From the NCBI RefSeq assembly GCF_964204645.1, contig NC_134032.1, forward strand, positions 11,768,275 to 11,832,274: a stretch of 64,000 nt of DNA. Direction: 5' to 3'. Position numbers and translations under genes: made by a program. Numbering within the stretch: the stretch's first letter is position 1; each line of letters opens with the position of its first letter. Shown in pieces: positions 52,006-63,717 of this stretch. Under the pieces are notes generated by a model, which saw only the letters and a program-made list of their open reading frames with translations, did no database searches and had not been told where the DNA came from. Source of the stretch: Tubulanus polymorphus (taxonomy: Eukaryota > Animalia > Nemertea).

Positions 52006-55000
52006 ATGTAAGAATTGTTCTCGACTCTCAGCCCAAAACTCCTGAAACTTTCAGCACGTGCAAAATCACCTCGAAATGGCTGGAGATATGTCAGAACGAC
52101 CCCTACGGCTAAACAGTAGCACCCCCTGGTGTTTATAATTGACTACGCTCCTTCACGGCTCATACGTCATTACGGTAGCGCCCCCTAGGACCGTGTGATT
52201 ACGCGGTGAACGAGCGTCGCACTCTGTTTATCGGTAATTGTTCGGGATATTTTCGTCTCCCGTTGGCTGCAATTACCGATCGTCGACGACGCGCGATTAC
52301 TTATACCAGACACAATTTAGTTGTCTTCGTTTTCCCGCGACGATAATTTCGACGTCGTCGCCGTGACGACTTCCAACCCGCGCCGCGATCTCTCGATCGC
52401 GCGTTCGCCGATTTCCGTAATTCGAAATAAACGGCGAATTTTCAAATTGTTAAATCATCGAGGGAATCTGACGGGTTTTATTGCGGCGCCTCGCGCGTTC
52501 TGTGCTGTCTGTTCGCGTCTGTGGAACACCGAACCCCCCGGAGTGTGAAATAATAAGTTGTTAGAAGTTTTAAAACGGCACGCAGAAATTGAAGCGCACC
52601 TTCCCCTCAAGATTTCCTGGTTTGCGTTAAGAAAAATTGCCGCTTCAAGAAAGATTTATCTCTTTGCCGAGTGACTTGCCTGCTCTTACCCCTTAACGAA
52701 CATCCCTTTATGCCTCTTCCTATCAAAAGCTATGAGGCTTCTTTCTTGTTGCCCTTTAAAAAACCAGGGTACTTGGCAGAGTTACCGTCATATTTCCCCC
52801 CCTCTAAGAAATAAATGCAAGAAAGCAAACCTGTGAATTCGATTTTGCTCCCAACCTCTAGCTACCCCCATGGTGATTGAATCAAGCTGCAATCTGCAAT
52901 GGTTTTTAAACCTGGGGTAAATTTGGCCCATGCTGGCGAGGCCCAGACTAACTCTTCACACCAGTGTCCGATGCGTCCGTGCCTGTTTAAAACAGCCTAA
53001 ATTTGGCCAAACAAAAACGCAGGACCAGGCCCGACCCAAATTTTTTACGTCGGTCCAATTTTTCCGCGTGCATGAATGCTAACTGGTTTTTGAAGCGACT
53101 CGGCTCACTTGTCACGGCATCATTCTGGTAAATATTCTGTAACGAGTGAGTGGTTTACATGCGATCACACGGCCCGTCACCAGACGTTAGAGACAGTACT
53201 TGTTGTTATCGTTTTGACAAGAATTGCTAAACTCAGCGATGAATCACCAAAACAAAGACTCACACAGCTAAAAAGCTGTACTTGTAAATGTATGAACACG
53301 TTCTCCTACTAAGCACGAGCCAAATATGAGGCTGGTCTGATCCGGGCTGGTTTGACCCACACAACCCCCTTCCCCAACGCGTGATCGTGGCTATGAAACC
53401 CGGTTATCATATAGAGTATAGCAGGCCCCTGGTTCTACAGTTTTAATCCGAGGATGATGATACTGTCGATTTCGTTTTTTTTTAAAGCCTCGAATATCTA
53501 GAAAATTAACAACTAATCACGCGTGCATTTCTGTAACGACTCGTATTGTTGGCGCGTCATCGTCTTTGAAGTCGTCGGCACGGCGACCGACGAGTCGAGA
53601 AATAATTAATATCTCGAGCGTTTTCCCATTCTATGGCGCGTTCCGTTAAAAACGGGGGGGGGGAATCGTGACGCGAATTTAGTGAGCGTTGGGATGAAAT
53701 GTTGCTCGTCGCGAGCATCCGCCAAGCTGTCGCAGTTCGAAAATATTTCATCAGCGTCTGTGTCCCCTTCCTTCGATTCGACCCTATACATCCCGACGTT
53801 AAAAATAACTAATCTAATTAATTGATAGTTTGAAACTGGAGATATTTTATCATGGTATTGGATCCAGAGTACGCGTCACTACCCAAAAGGCACTTCGATG
53901 CCTTGAAATGTAAAAGGTGTATTCCCGTACCGAGTGGCCCATTTTGAAGAACTTGTCACATCCCAAAAGGGCACATTGATGTCCACTAACGCAATATTAG
54001 GTTTACTAGAGCCCTGAAATAAACCAATTATCTTTCGTTGACAAAATGAAAAAGGGCACCCAAAAAAATTTGATGGACTTGTACAAGTATCATAAGTCCC
54101 CCTGGATCCGCCCCTGATCTATAAGCCAGCCCCTGATATGCAGCTTTCTTCAGCTGAAGAGTCTCCTTGAACTTTACTTTATTTCAAAGTGTCCACTGCT
54201 TTCTAATAGTCACCTTCAGGGTCCAGTTCCATGGTGACGGCTTAGACTTAGAACGCACCAAAGACCATTGTTGTTCTATAGACAATTAAGACCAATCTTA
54301 GACTTGAGTCCACTCTCCGCTATGGAACTGGTCTCAGGAATACTTGTTGGTTATTTTTGACTTTAGAGTTTAAGTTCTTTTCATTTGGGTGAAATTTCAA
54401 CCGAAGAACTGTTGTGGAATTAGCTCCTCATCGATCGAACTAGATCCTACACGTCAACTTTGGTCGTTATGTTACGGTTTCCCGGCGCTGACCAGTGCAG
54501 TCGTTACCGAGATCGTGGTCAACAGAGCGTATAACCGTCGCCACGGCGATCGTCGCGAGAAAAAAATCTATCCAATATCTCGCTTTGTCGAAACGAAGTG
54601 CGAGATTTTTTGCGCTGTACGCTTACACGGTTTCATCTTTCTATCTCGAGACCAAAGATAGATTCTTTTTCCGCGTATGGAGATTTTTCCGTGCTGTTGG
54701 CAGATAGCTGCTGCTGCTGCTGCTGCTGCTACTGCTGGTGCTGGTGTTACTATCAACACGCGGTTTATTACTATCGAAAAAACCAATACCCGATAACCCT
54801 TCACCCAAAACTGCCGGAGAGTCCCCTGCAGCCTGTTTCACTAAAAACTCTCAATAATTAATGAAGGAATTAAATCGATTTTGAGTTGTGTTTTGTTTTT
54901 ATGAATCCAGGTCCGATATTCCAGGGGAAAAACTGTTAATGAAAACTCGAATGCCGCTTTTAATAAGTAACAGCGAGACCTGAATTCGTGGAAAAATTAT

Positions 55001-55246
55001 TTCTAAAGAGTATCACACAAACCTGCAATGAAAAAACCAAAAGTTTTGAAACTAATACATTTCATATCACTCCTTTTTTCATCGAAAACTGAAAATTTGG
55101 ATAAATTTTCAAATGATTTCAATCGCTTTTTTTTCCGCATTGTCGGTTTGACATTTCTTTATTTGCAAATTTCTACCCCTTTATGACTAAAGGTTTAGAT
55201 GTGTATATATATATTTAAAACGATTGTTTACATTCGTATATTTTAG

Positions 55247-55383
55247 GATCATACCCTCGTCGGACGGCCAGATGCCCCGACCGAACAGGATATACAACTG
55301 TCTGGACTCGGCATTATGCCGGAACACTGCATCGTTGATGTGGAAAACTCGGAAGTATTCGTGACACCCTTCGAGAATGCCAG
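55247..55383 (+). CDS. KIF13: KIF13 exon (DHTLVGRPDAPTEQDIQLSGLGIMPEHCIVDVENSEVFVTPFENA), FHA
   Basis: ttttag|, |gtacg; QDIQL-G-GI-HC. Confidence 0.96.
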
Positions 55384-55976
55384 GTACGTTGAAAAAAATA
55401 TCATCCTTAATGAAAATTCATTTCCATGTCAAACTAAAATGAACTTAGAATAGGCTTTAGTTGAGGCTTTAGGACCAAAATGAGCTTAAACTGCTCTTCT
55501 GAAGTTGCTAGACTGGGGCCGTTTGCAGTCATGGACTAGATTTAGACCAGTCTCAAACAATGTACTATGGCCAATCTAACAACTAACATCTAACATCTAA
55601 CTTTGAGACCACTTTTGGACTTCAGTCATAACTCAGCAACTGGATTTGGTCTAAAATTTTAACGAGCTTAGGCTGGTCTTAAGTTGTAAGATTGGTTATA
55701 GAACCAAGATGAGCTTAGACTGGTTTTGAGTTGTTAGATTGCATAGAACCGTAATAACCTTAAACTTGTCTTAGAATATCCAAAACTTGTAAATGTACTA
55801 ATCCTTCGTCTATCAAAATATCAAGAATTATAGGCTTAAATCTAAGGTCTAGATGAGCCAAATCAGTTTTAGAACCAAACTGAACCACTGGTTACACCAA
55901 TCTGGGCTTTGAAACTGGGCCTAGGATTAAGATTCTCAGCGAATTATTAAAAAATCTATTTGTATTTTTCTTGTAG

Positions 55977-56086
55977 GACGTGTGTGAACGGTTCTAGCAT
56001 AAATAGTAAAACTAAAGTGAAACATGGCGACCGAATTATTTGGGGAAACAATCACTTTTTCCGCATAAACTGCCCGAACGCGAACA
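55977..56086 (+). CDS. KIF13: KIF13 exon (TCVNGSSINSKTKVKHGDRIIWGNNHFFRINCPNAN), FHA end
   Basis: ttgtag|, |gtaag. Confidence 0.96.
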
Positions 56087-56409
56087 GTAAGTTAAAAAAC
56101 AGCTCCCTCTACCGACCGAATCAGGAACTATGAATTGAGAGTGTATTCTAATAAAGACCTATGATCCCGGACGTCTGTCAATCAGAATCGGAAATGGAAA
56201 GCTATATCTAAACTGTAGAACTGGTGTATCTAGGAGCAGTTCCATAGTAGTTGGATTAGAATAACTCTAATTCCGATTAGACCAAGGAAGGGCTGATCGT
56301 GTTGTGTAACATTAGATTTTCGATGAAAAACAGCAGATTAGAAAAATTACTATGTTCTTTTTGTATCATGGTTGACTGATTATTTATGTTTATTTCGATA
56401 TCGTCTCAG

Positions 56410-56547
56410 GTCCGTCTGCCGAACAGCCCGAGCAGAAGGTCGACTATGATTTCGCTCAGCAGGAATTGTTGATGAATGAGATGCCGAATGATCCGATACA
56501 AGAAGCGATACAAGCAATAGAACAACAGCACGAGGATGATAAACAAG
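56410..56547 (+). CDS. KIF13: KIF13 exon (PSAEQPEQKVDYDFAQQELLMNEMPNDPIQEAIQAIEQQHEDDKQ)
   Basis: tctcag|, |gtaaat; DYxFAQxE motif. Confidence 0.92.
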
Positions 56548-57122
56548 GTAAATATCGGCTGTAAGAGCCTCATCCGACATAGCTAAAATCACCTTAGATC
56601 TAAGTAGGGCAGGGAAAATTCAACTGTCTGTCCAATTGAGTTTCTATAACCCAGTGTTTTCAATAAGAAATTAACAAGCCAGGTCCCTTTGAAAAACAGG
56701 AGGGTCCCATAATATGTCACAGCCCCTGAAACGAAAGCTTGTTTGAAGTAACAGGCGGGTCCTATACAAATGACAGACGGGTCTGGGACCTGAGACCTGG
56801 CTCTTATTGAAAACACTGTAAACCAGTTTCATTTGAAGGATGTTAACTAAATTAAGTACGCACAAGCTAGGACCTGATTTTAAAGTTGAAATAGTTCTGT
56901 AGAAGTAGAGCCTAGGGTTAAAGTTAAAAGCCTCTATACTGAAAGTTAAAATTTGGGGCTAGGCTCATAACTTGTAATAAGAATTTTGAAATGATTGAAT
57001 TAAGCCATGGGTTGAAGTGAAAACTGGTCTACAAAGTTACAGACCTATCAATTTTAAGTAGTTATCGAAATGAAAAATGATTTTTTAACAAATTTTTTTC
57101 TGCGTATTTTTCACGCATGCAG

Positions 57123-57291
57123 AGGCTTTGGAGAAACAGAGACAAATGTACGAACGTCAGATGCAGATGTTACGAATACAGCTGATGTCGCCGAGTACGC
57201 CGTCTCAACCCTTCGTACCATTCCCGCCTTTTGACTTCTCGAAGATGACGTCACCCGGCTCGAAGATACACCAACAATGGGCACAAGAAAG
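57123..57291 (+). CDS. KIF13: KIF13 exon (ALEKQRQMYERQMQMLRIQLMSPSTP...QWAQE), CC2
   Basis: atgcag|, |gtcagt; ORF 57128. Confidence 0.92.
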
Positions 57292-57582
57292 GTCAGTATG
57301 CCGGATGATGAAAACCCCACCAGTTGCTTGCCAGCTCAGGCTGGATGAAAGATTGGTTGTACAAACCAGAACCGAGATTTCCAATTATTTACTATTTACT
57401 TTGATTTAAGCAAAGATTATTTGACCGACCATCCTTACCTTGATTTTGGATTTAAAAATCAAACCCCCTGTTTCGTTCCCGGCAGGTGTGGTGAGTTTGT
57501 GAGGGATGAAGCAAGTAGCTATTCTTTAAGACATTTTTCATCCCGAGATCAAATCATTCATTATTATTTTTGATGTTTTTAG

Positions 57583-57745
57583 GGATAAGTTATTCAAGCA
57601 GAGTTTAGCTAAACTGCGAGAGGAGGTTTTGAAAGCGAATTGTTTGGTGCGAGAAGCGAACGTACTCGCTCAGGAGATGGGAAAACGTACGGAATTCTCG
57701 GTTACCCTACAAATCCCCGCCGCGAACCTGTCTCCCAATAGAAAG
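57583..57745 (+). CDS. KIF13: KIF13 exon (DKLFKQSLAKLREEVLKANCLVREANVLAQEMGKRTEFSVTLQIPAANLSPNRK), stalk/MAGUK-binding region
   Basis: tttttag|, |gtaag. Confidence 0.95.
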
Positions 57746-58247
57746 GTAAGATACATCTAGAAATCTTGTGAAATTGATTAACCAGTGGGTACCAACACTC
57801 CGACTTATGGTACTGACTCCTCTGAGACATGTCGCCGTACCTGGGCCCATTTGCACAGTTGTCCAAAAGTGGTCTCAATTGATGATTGATTGGTCTTAAG
57901 TTGTTGGATTGACTATATGGAATGGGCTTAGACTGTTCTTAAATCTAAGCCCTGGATCTAGTAGGTAGAGTGAATTATAATACTCAAGTACCCTGCAGGA
58001 AATTTTATTGACATATTTTAGCGCTCCATATTTCAGTGCTCGAAACATTTTTGAGATAACTTTGTAAGTTATTAATTAAGGGTTTCAGAGTTTAAAAGAT
58101 TGGAAATGAAGCTACTGGACCCTTTGGCCTGAATCCCCAGTTATAAGTCAGAGATTTTGACTTCATCACAGCTTTCAACCGTGGAACTGGATGCTGGATT
58201 CTTATCATGGATCACTTAGATCTTTGTTCTATTTTTCTGTTCTGTAG

Positions 58248-58394
58248 CGTGGGGCGTTCATGAGCGAACCGGCGATTCTCGTCAAGCGTAAAGACCGCGT
58301 CAATCAGGTCTGGTCGATGGAGAAATTCGAAAATAAGATCATCGACATGCGCGAGATGTACGAGGAAAGGAAGGAGAAAGGATTACCGATGATG
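58248..58394 (+). CDS. KIF13: KIF13 exon (RGAFMSEPAILVKRKDRVNQVWSMEKFENKIIDMREMYEERKEKGLPMM); donor may alternatively be at 58445
   Basis: ctgtag| acceptor; phase-0 donors gtagag (58395) or gtttgt (58446). Confidence 0.88.
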
Positions 58395-58909
58395 GTAGAG
58401 GAAATTGAGCCCGAACCTATTGTTGATACTTCGGTGTTGTATTGGGTTTGTTTTGCTTTAGTTGCCTCTTTATTTCGCCGATACAGTAAACCTTTGATCA
58501 TGAACTCGTGGAGCCGATTTTCTGAATCAGGTTCCAAATTCAAACTTAACCATGACTACTATTTTGAGAATAGTTTCTTCTCTTTTTAAGGGCTCAACCA
58601 CTCCCAAAAATATCAAAACATTCTCTAAGTCAGAACGATTTCTAGCCCATAGCCCCGATTTCTAGTCAATAAAACTACTGTGTCTTATATCAGATTATCT
58701 TCATTTTTGGGGAGAAATATTAAAATTATATCAGGTGATACTAGGTGGTCTAGACTACAAATTTTCCTCTCAAAATTCTCCCGAGTTGAAGAATGGTTTA
58801 CTGTACGAAACGATGCATTGCTGCTTAGAACTAATTTGAACTTTGACGCTAGGTCCAACATAGCGGTAATGCCGAATATTGGAATTTTCACTTTTTGCAA
58901 ATCCATTAA

Positions 58910-59192
58910 CCCTTTCAGTGCTGACTAATTAATACCCTATAGTGCTGGAGAAAATTTGAAAATTCTAAAAAATTCCACCCTAGTGTGTTGAACAATGGGA
59001 ATACCACTATAGTGCGTCTACACCGCAGTGCGGTGTATCGTTACTAGTATTTCACTATGTTTGACACTTTCTGCCATTTTTCACTAGAGATAATTACAAA
59101 TTACTAATTACATCAATACACCGCAGTGCGGTGTACTAGCAAAATCATCACTGATTTATACACCGCACTGCGGTGTAGACACACTGAAAGGG
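58910..59192. mobile_element. piggyBac-type MITE copy 3
   Basis: TTAA TSD and same TIR/internal sequence as copy 2. Confidence 0.87.
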
Positions 59193-59407
59193 TTAAATGT
59201 TGTCTAAAATGTATTAAATCTTGAAAATTCCAGTTCTCAATTCAGTCATGCTATTTCATTAGAGTTTGGATGACATTTTCATTTCATTTGTATCCATTTG
59301 CATATTAATTTCACTAGGTAGTGAAATGGTAGTATCATTGAATATGAATATTTTAAATTTCATCATCTTATGCCCTTTTGGAAGCAAAATTTAGAATTTT
59401 TACTAGA

Positions 59408-60405
59408 TTCAGCTTTTTGTAGACGGCATGCTCTCTTGATGTTTGCACGCGAATACATGAAATTTACACTTCACAATAGATGTTTTTTAGTCGCTACGTT
59501 TTAGATTCGATAAACTGCTATTTCTTTTGTGTTGTGGGAAAAATAAATTTCGCAATACTTACGAAAAGTTAAATTCACGAAATGAACCATGCAAAGTATC
59601 TGTGGAAAATCTATGTTGAGAATTTCAAGTTTAGATTGTAGCGATACATCACTAATTTTTGATGTAGCAGATTTAAACCTAGAGCGCCTATAGTAGAAAA
59701 TCAGCTACAGCAACAATGACAGCTAATTTGGATAGATGGCGTATGGGTGTAGACTGCCGATATCAAATATGATAGATACATAGAGAGTTTTATCGATAAA
59801 TACAAGTATCGATTGAAATCTTACCACCGAGGGGGGTAGCCCCTTGCAAGGATCAAACGCCAGTCCTAGCTTGTATCTGATCTGCTACTACGGGCTTACT
59901 AGGTCAACTCCCTATGCTTTTGCTGAAAGAAAATTAACTTAATTCTGAACAAGTTCTATTGTTAAGTGCGCCATCTAGTGGGATAGCCTTTTGCAGCAGG
60001 GGGTCCTCATTGATTCGATTCGTGTTATTGAATACGTTGATTTATATTTGTTTCTATATTCAGCTTTTTGTAGGCGGCATGCTTTCTTGATATTTGCACG
60101 AGAATATTCAAAGTTCACCCCACTTTGTAATAGTTGTTTTTAGTCTTTAGTCGTTATTTGTTAAAGATTCTATGAAACTGTAAATTTCTCGTAAACTCAT
60201 GACCTTAACTCTGAGTGTATAGTGAAAAATGTTGAGAATTTAATTGATTAATTTTTGATGTGGGAGACTTAAATCCAGATAAAAGTTAATTGAAAAATGA
60301 ATAGGTTCTGTTGTTATAGGCACCATCTAGTGGGATAACTGGTGCAGCAGGGGGTCTTCATTGATTCACTTCGAGTTATTGAAAAATATTGATTTATATT
60401 TTCAG
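59408..60405. repeat. Diverged local tandem duplication of intron 3' end
   Basis: ttcagctttttgtag(a/g)cggcatgct at 59408 and 60059; ccatctagtgggata..tgcagcagggggtc..cattgattc at 59971 and 60323. Confidence 0.8.
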
Positions 60406-60723
60406 GATTCCGGACCGCCGATGAAGGGCGACCCGTTCTACGAATCGCAGGAGAATCACAACCTGATCGGCGTCGCGAACGTTTTCCTCGAGGCGTTGTT
60501 CTTCGACGTGAAATTAGACTATCAAATACCGATAATCAGTCAACAGGGCGAGGTCGCCGGTCGACTGCACGTCGAGCTCAGCCGAGTCGAGGGCTCGTTC
60601 CCGATGGATCGCGTCGGCGGTGAATCGGAGACGAACGGCGATTCGGTCAGTCGGAACAGTCTCGACGAAATCGCCGATTCCGAACAGAATACGAGCGCGG
60701 CTAATAATCATATCGTCTGCCGG
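60406..60723 (+). CDS. KIF13: KIF13 exon (DSGPPMKGDPFYESQENHNLIGVANVFL...HIVCR)
   Basis: ttttcag|, |gtaag; ORF 60361. Confidence 0.95.
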
Positions 60724-61133
60724 GTAAGTTTGAATTTCGAAAAAAAATCTGGTACCCGTAATCGGGCTAGACTCTGACTTGGAAATCAGGGGAAACTCAG
60801 TCAATCAGAAAAATCTAGAAAAAATTAAAAATCTAGAAAAATGACGGAAAAACTCAGGAAATTTTACCAAAAAAAAACTTGGAAAGCCTGTGAAATTTGG
60901 ATAATGTTATTGACCGCACGTTTCTTTATGTGATTCATAAAAAAATGAATAAATTGTAATATTTTAAACCAAGAAATTCCTCTGATAATTTTGTTCTGCA
61001 ACATGAAAAAATCCGGCAAAACTCTGAGAACTTGTAAATTTTTGGAAAGTGACCACCCTGCAGTAACATTTGAATCAAAAGTTCAGCTTTTATCAGACTC
61101 GGAAGTTTTGATAAAGAATTTCATATTTCACAG

Positions 61134-61325
61134 GTGTCGATAAAAGAAGCAAAGGGTTTACCGCCGGCGTTGTCGAATTTCGTCTTCTGTCACTACACGT
61201 TCTGGGGTCACGGGGAGCCGATAGTCGTCGCTCCGTACATCGACCCGAACTGTCCCTCGTCCGGACGACCGCTCAACGATTCGTTCAAACACAACAGCGT
61301 CTCGTTTAAATTCGACCACGAACAG
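61134..61325 (+). CDS. KIF13: KIF13 exon (VSIKEAKGLPPALSNFVFCHYTFWG...FKFDHEQ)
   Basis: tcacag|, |gtaac. Confidence 0.95.
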
Positions 61326-61356
61326 GTAACGAAATCTATTGCGGCTGTCCGCTTAA

Positions 61357-61644
61357 CCCTTTCAGTGCATCTACACCGCAGTGCAGTGTATAAATCAATG
61401 TTGGATTTTGCTAGTACACCACACTGCGGTGTATTGATGTAATTAGTAATTAGTAATTATCTCTCTTGAAAAATGGCAGCATCTGTCAAACATAGTGAAA
61501 TATTTGTAACTAACGATACACCGCGCCGCGGTGTAGACGCACTATAGTGGTATTCCCGTTATTCAACACACTACAGTGGAATTTTTCAAAATTTTCAAAT
61601 TATCTTCAGCACTATAGGGTATTATTAAGTCAGCACTGAAAGAG
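61357..61644. mobile_element. piggyBac-type MITE copy 4
   Basis: TTAA TSD, same family, orientation as copy 1. Confidence 0.85.
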
Positions 61645-61725
61645 TTAATGACAGGTGTCAAAATCAAGTTAAATCTCCCGGGACAAAAAAAGTTGCGCAA
61701 TTGTGTTGTAAATTTCTTCTTTCAG

Positions 61726-61880
61726 GATTTTAAAGTTTCCGTGAATGAAGAGTTTATCGAACACGCTACCGAGGGGGCGCTGTCGATCGAAGTTTGGGGT
61801 CATCGCAGTTCCGGGTTCTCGCCGCAAGCCGGATTCGAACTGGAGAACGTGCAGGCGAAATCTAGATCACTCCTCGACAG
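61726..61880 (+). CDS. KIF13: KIF13 exon (DFKVSVNEEFIEHATEGALSIEVWGHRS...KSRSLLD)
   Basis: ctttcag|, |gttggc. Confidence 0.93.
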
Positions 61881-62308
61881 GTTGGCAAAAACTCAAAACT
61901 CATAGAATTATCTTCTAGATACTTCGTTCCGGATAAGATGGCTGCCTCTATGAATCCCCCTATGATATCATTGAATCACTTGAAAGCAATTTGAGGCCAT
62001 TTGGGAAAGATGGTTATCTATTAATCTCCCTATGACATCATTAAACTCTTTAAAAGAAATAATGCTCCCCTTCGTAAATCACCTTATGACATCAGTAAAT
62101 TGCCTAAATCATACTTTTAAAGGCCCAGTTTTATAGACAGGTATCATCTCTACCCGGGAGGTTAACTCATTTGAAAATTAACTGAGTTAGCCCCCATGGG
62201 TTGTCTCTAAAACCAGGCCCAGCTGATAATATCATTGAACTAAAGCTCATGAGTGTTTAGAAATTCTCGAAAGCATAATTTCTGAAATTCTCTGTCTGAT
62301 TTTTCTAG

Positions 62309-62685
62309 ATGGGGCGAACTGATTCGTAAACTAGAAATGTGGGTCGAAATACACGAACTGAACGACCAGGGTGAATACCAACCGGTCGAGGTCATTCCGA
62401 AAACCGAGGCTCTGACGGGCGGCGTTTATCAACTACGCCAGGGTCACAGCAGACGGATCCTCGTACGGGTGTCGCCCGTTCAGAATTCGGGCACGTTGCC
62501 GATCATTTGCGAGACGATAACGTCCATATCGGTCGGCGCGATCCTCACGAGGAACAAACTGCAGAAAGCGCTCGACAGTTACCAGGAGGAGGATTTGAGG
62601 AAGGTGCAGGTGAAGTGGTCGGAGGCGTTGATGAAACGACGCGAATACCTCGACGAACAAATACAGAAAATCATCAATAAACCAG
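62309..62685 (+). CDS. KIF13: KIF13 exon (WGELIRKLEMWVEIHELNDQGEY...TGGVYQLRQGHSRRI...LDEQIQKIINKP)
   Basis: ttttctag|, |gtgaaa; ORF 62337. Confidence 0.95.
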
Positions 62686-63006
62686 GTGAAATAATATCTC
62701 CCCCTATGACGTCATCAAATACCCAGACATTGGAATTCAAGAAAAGATTGCTGTTTTCATAAGATCCCTCGATGGTATCATCCAATAATGAAGAGGGTTA
62801 AATCTATAGAGCAGTATAGAAAAATGGCTTCCATAAACCTCCTTATGACATCATCAAATTGCTTTGAGTAATTTGATCACGAAATCCATCTAGAAAATAT
62901 GAATCCTTCATATAAATCCTTCTATAACATTACCTAAAAAGATTCATGAATTGACTCAAAGAACTGTTATGAATATGTTGGTTGATTATGTTTTTCTTCG
63001 ACGTAG

Positions 63007-63133
63007 ATAAAACTGACGCAGACGCCGAACGAGAAAGAAGTTTGATCGATCAGTGGGTTTGCTTGACCGAGGAACGTAACGCTGTACTAGTACCCGCTGC
63101 TGGCAGTGGGATACCCGGAGCTTTAGCTGACTG
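63007..63133 (+). CDS. KIF13: KIF13 exon (KTDADAERERSLIDQWVCLTEERNAVLVPAAGSGIPGALAD)
   Basis: acgtag|, |gtaaat; LTEERNAV-GSGIPGA motif. Confidence 0.95.
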
Positions 63134-63560
63134 GTAAATATATACTCCCTGTTCCTCGAGCCAGTAAGCTCTCAAACGTTGTCTAAAGTTTACCTGTGGG
63201 TTACCATTGATGAAACACTCGGGAGTCCGAGATGTAATGATGTCGGATGATATAGAAATCTCGAGCTAAGAATGAAAAAAAGAGTCTGAAATGTTTACTT
63301 TAGTTATAAGTTTATTCAATGTTGCGACTATATCTGAATAGTCATCTTCTATCCCAGAAACTTTTGGAGTCTTCTTCGATTCTCAGTGTGGCATTCATAC
63401 TAACCAGCGAATAATCGACATAGTGGCAATTAGAATCTGAATAAATTAACCACCCTTTGAGCAACTGAAAGAGCTAGCCATTATAGCATGGAATGAAGAA
63501 AAGTGTTGGAACTAGGTCCTGTGATTCGTGGTTTTAAATGTTTTCATTCTATCTTAACAG

Positions 63561-63616
63561 GAGTCCTCCTCTGGGCATGGAGCAGCATATGCCAGTTTTG
63601 TTCTTAGATCTCAATG
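63561..63616 (+). CDS. KIF13: KIF13 exon (SPPLGMEQHMPVLFLDLN)
   Basis: taacag|, |gtaag; GMExHxPVLFLDLN. Confidence 0.93.
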
Positions 63617-63717
63617 GTAAGGGTAAAGAAAGAATTGATTCAGTTAAATGACAAAGAGCTGTTCAGCGTTCCTCGGTGAAAATTTTCTACATATTCATTT
63701 CCTATATTTTACTATAG

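Noticed and set aside
54677-54796. Small ORF MEIFPCCWQIAAAA... and overlapping ORFs
   Set aside because: Driven by a (GCT)n microsatellite; no donor linking it to KIF13
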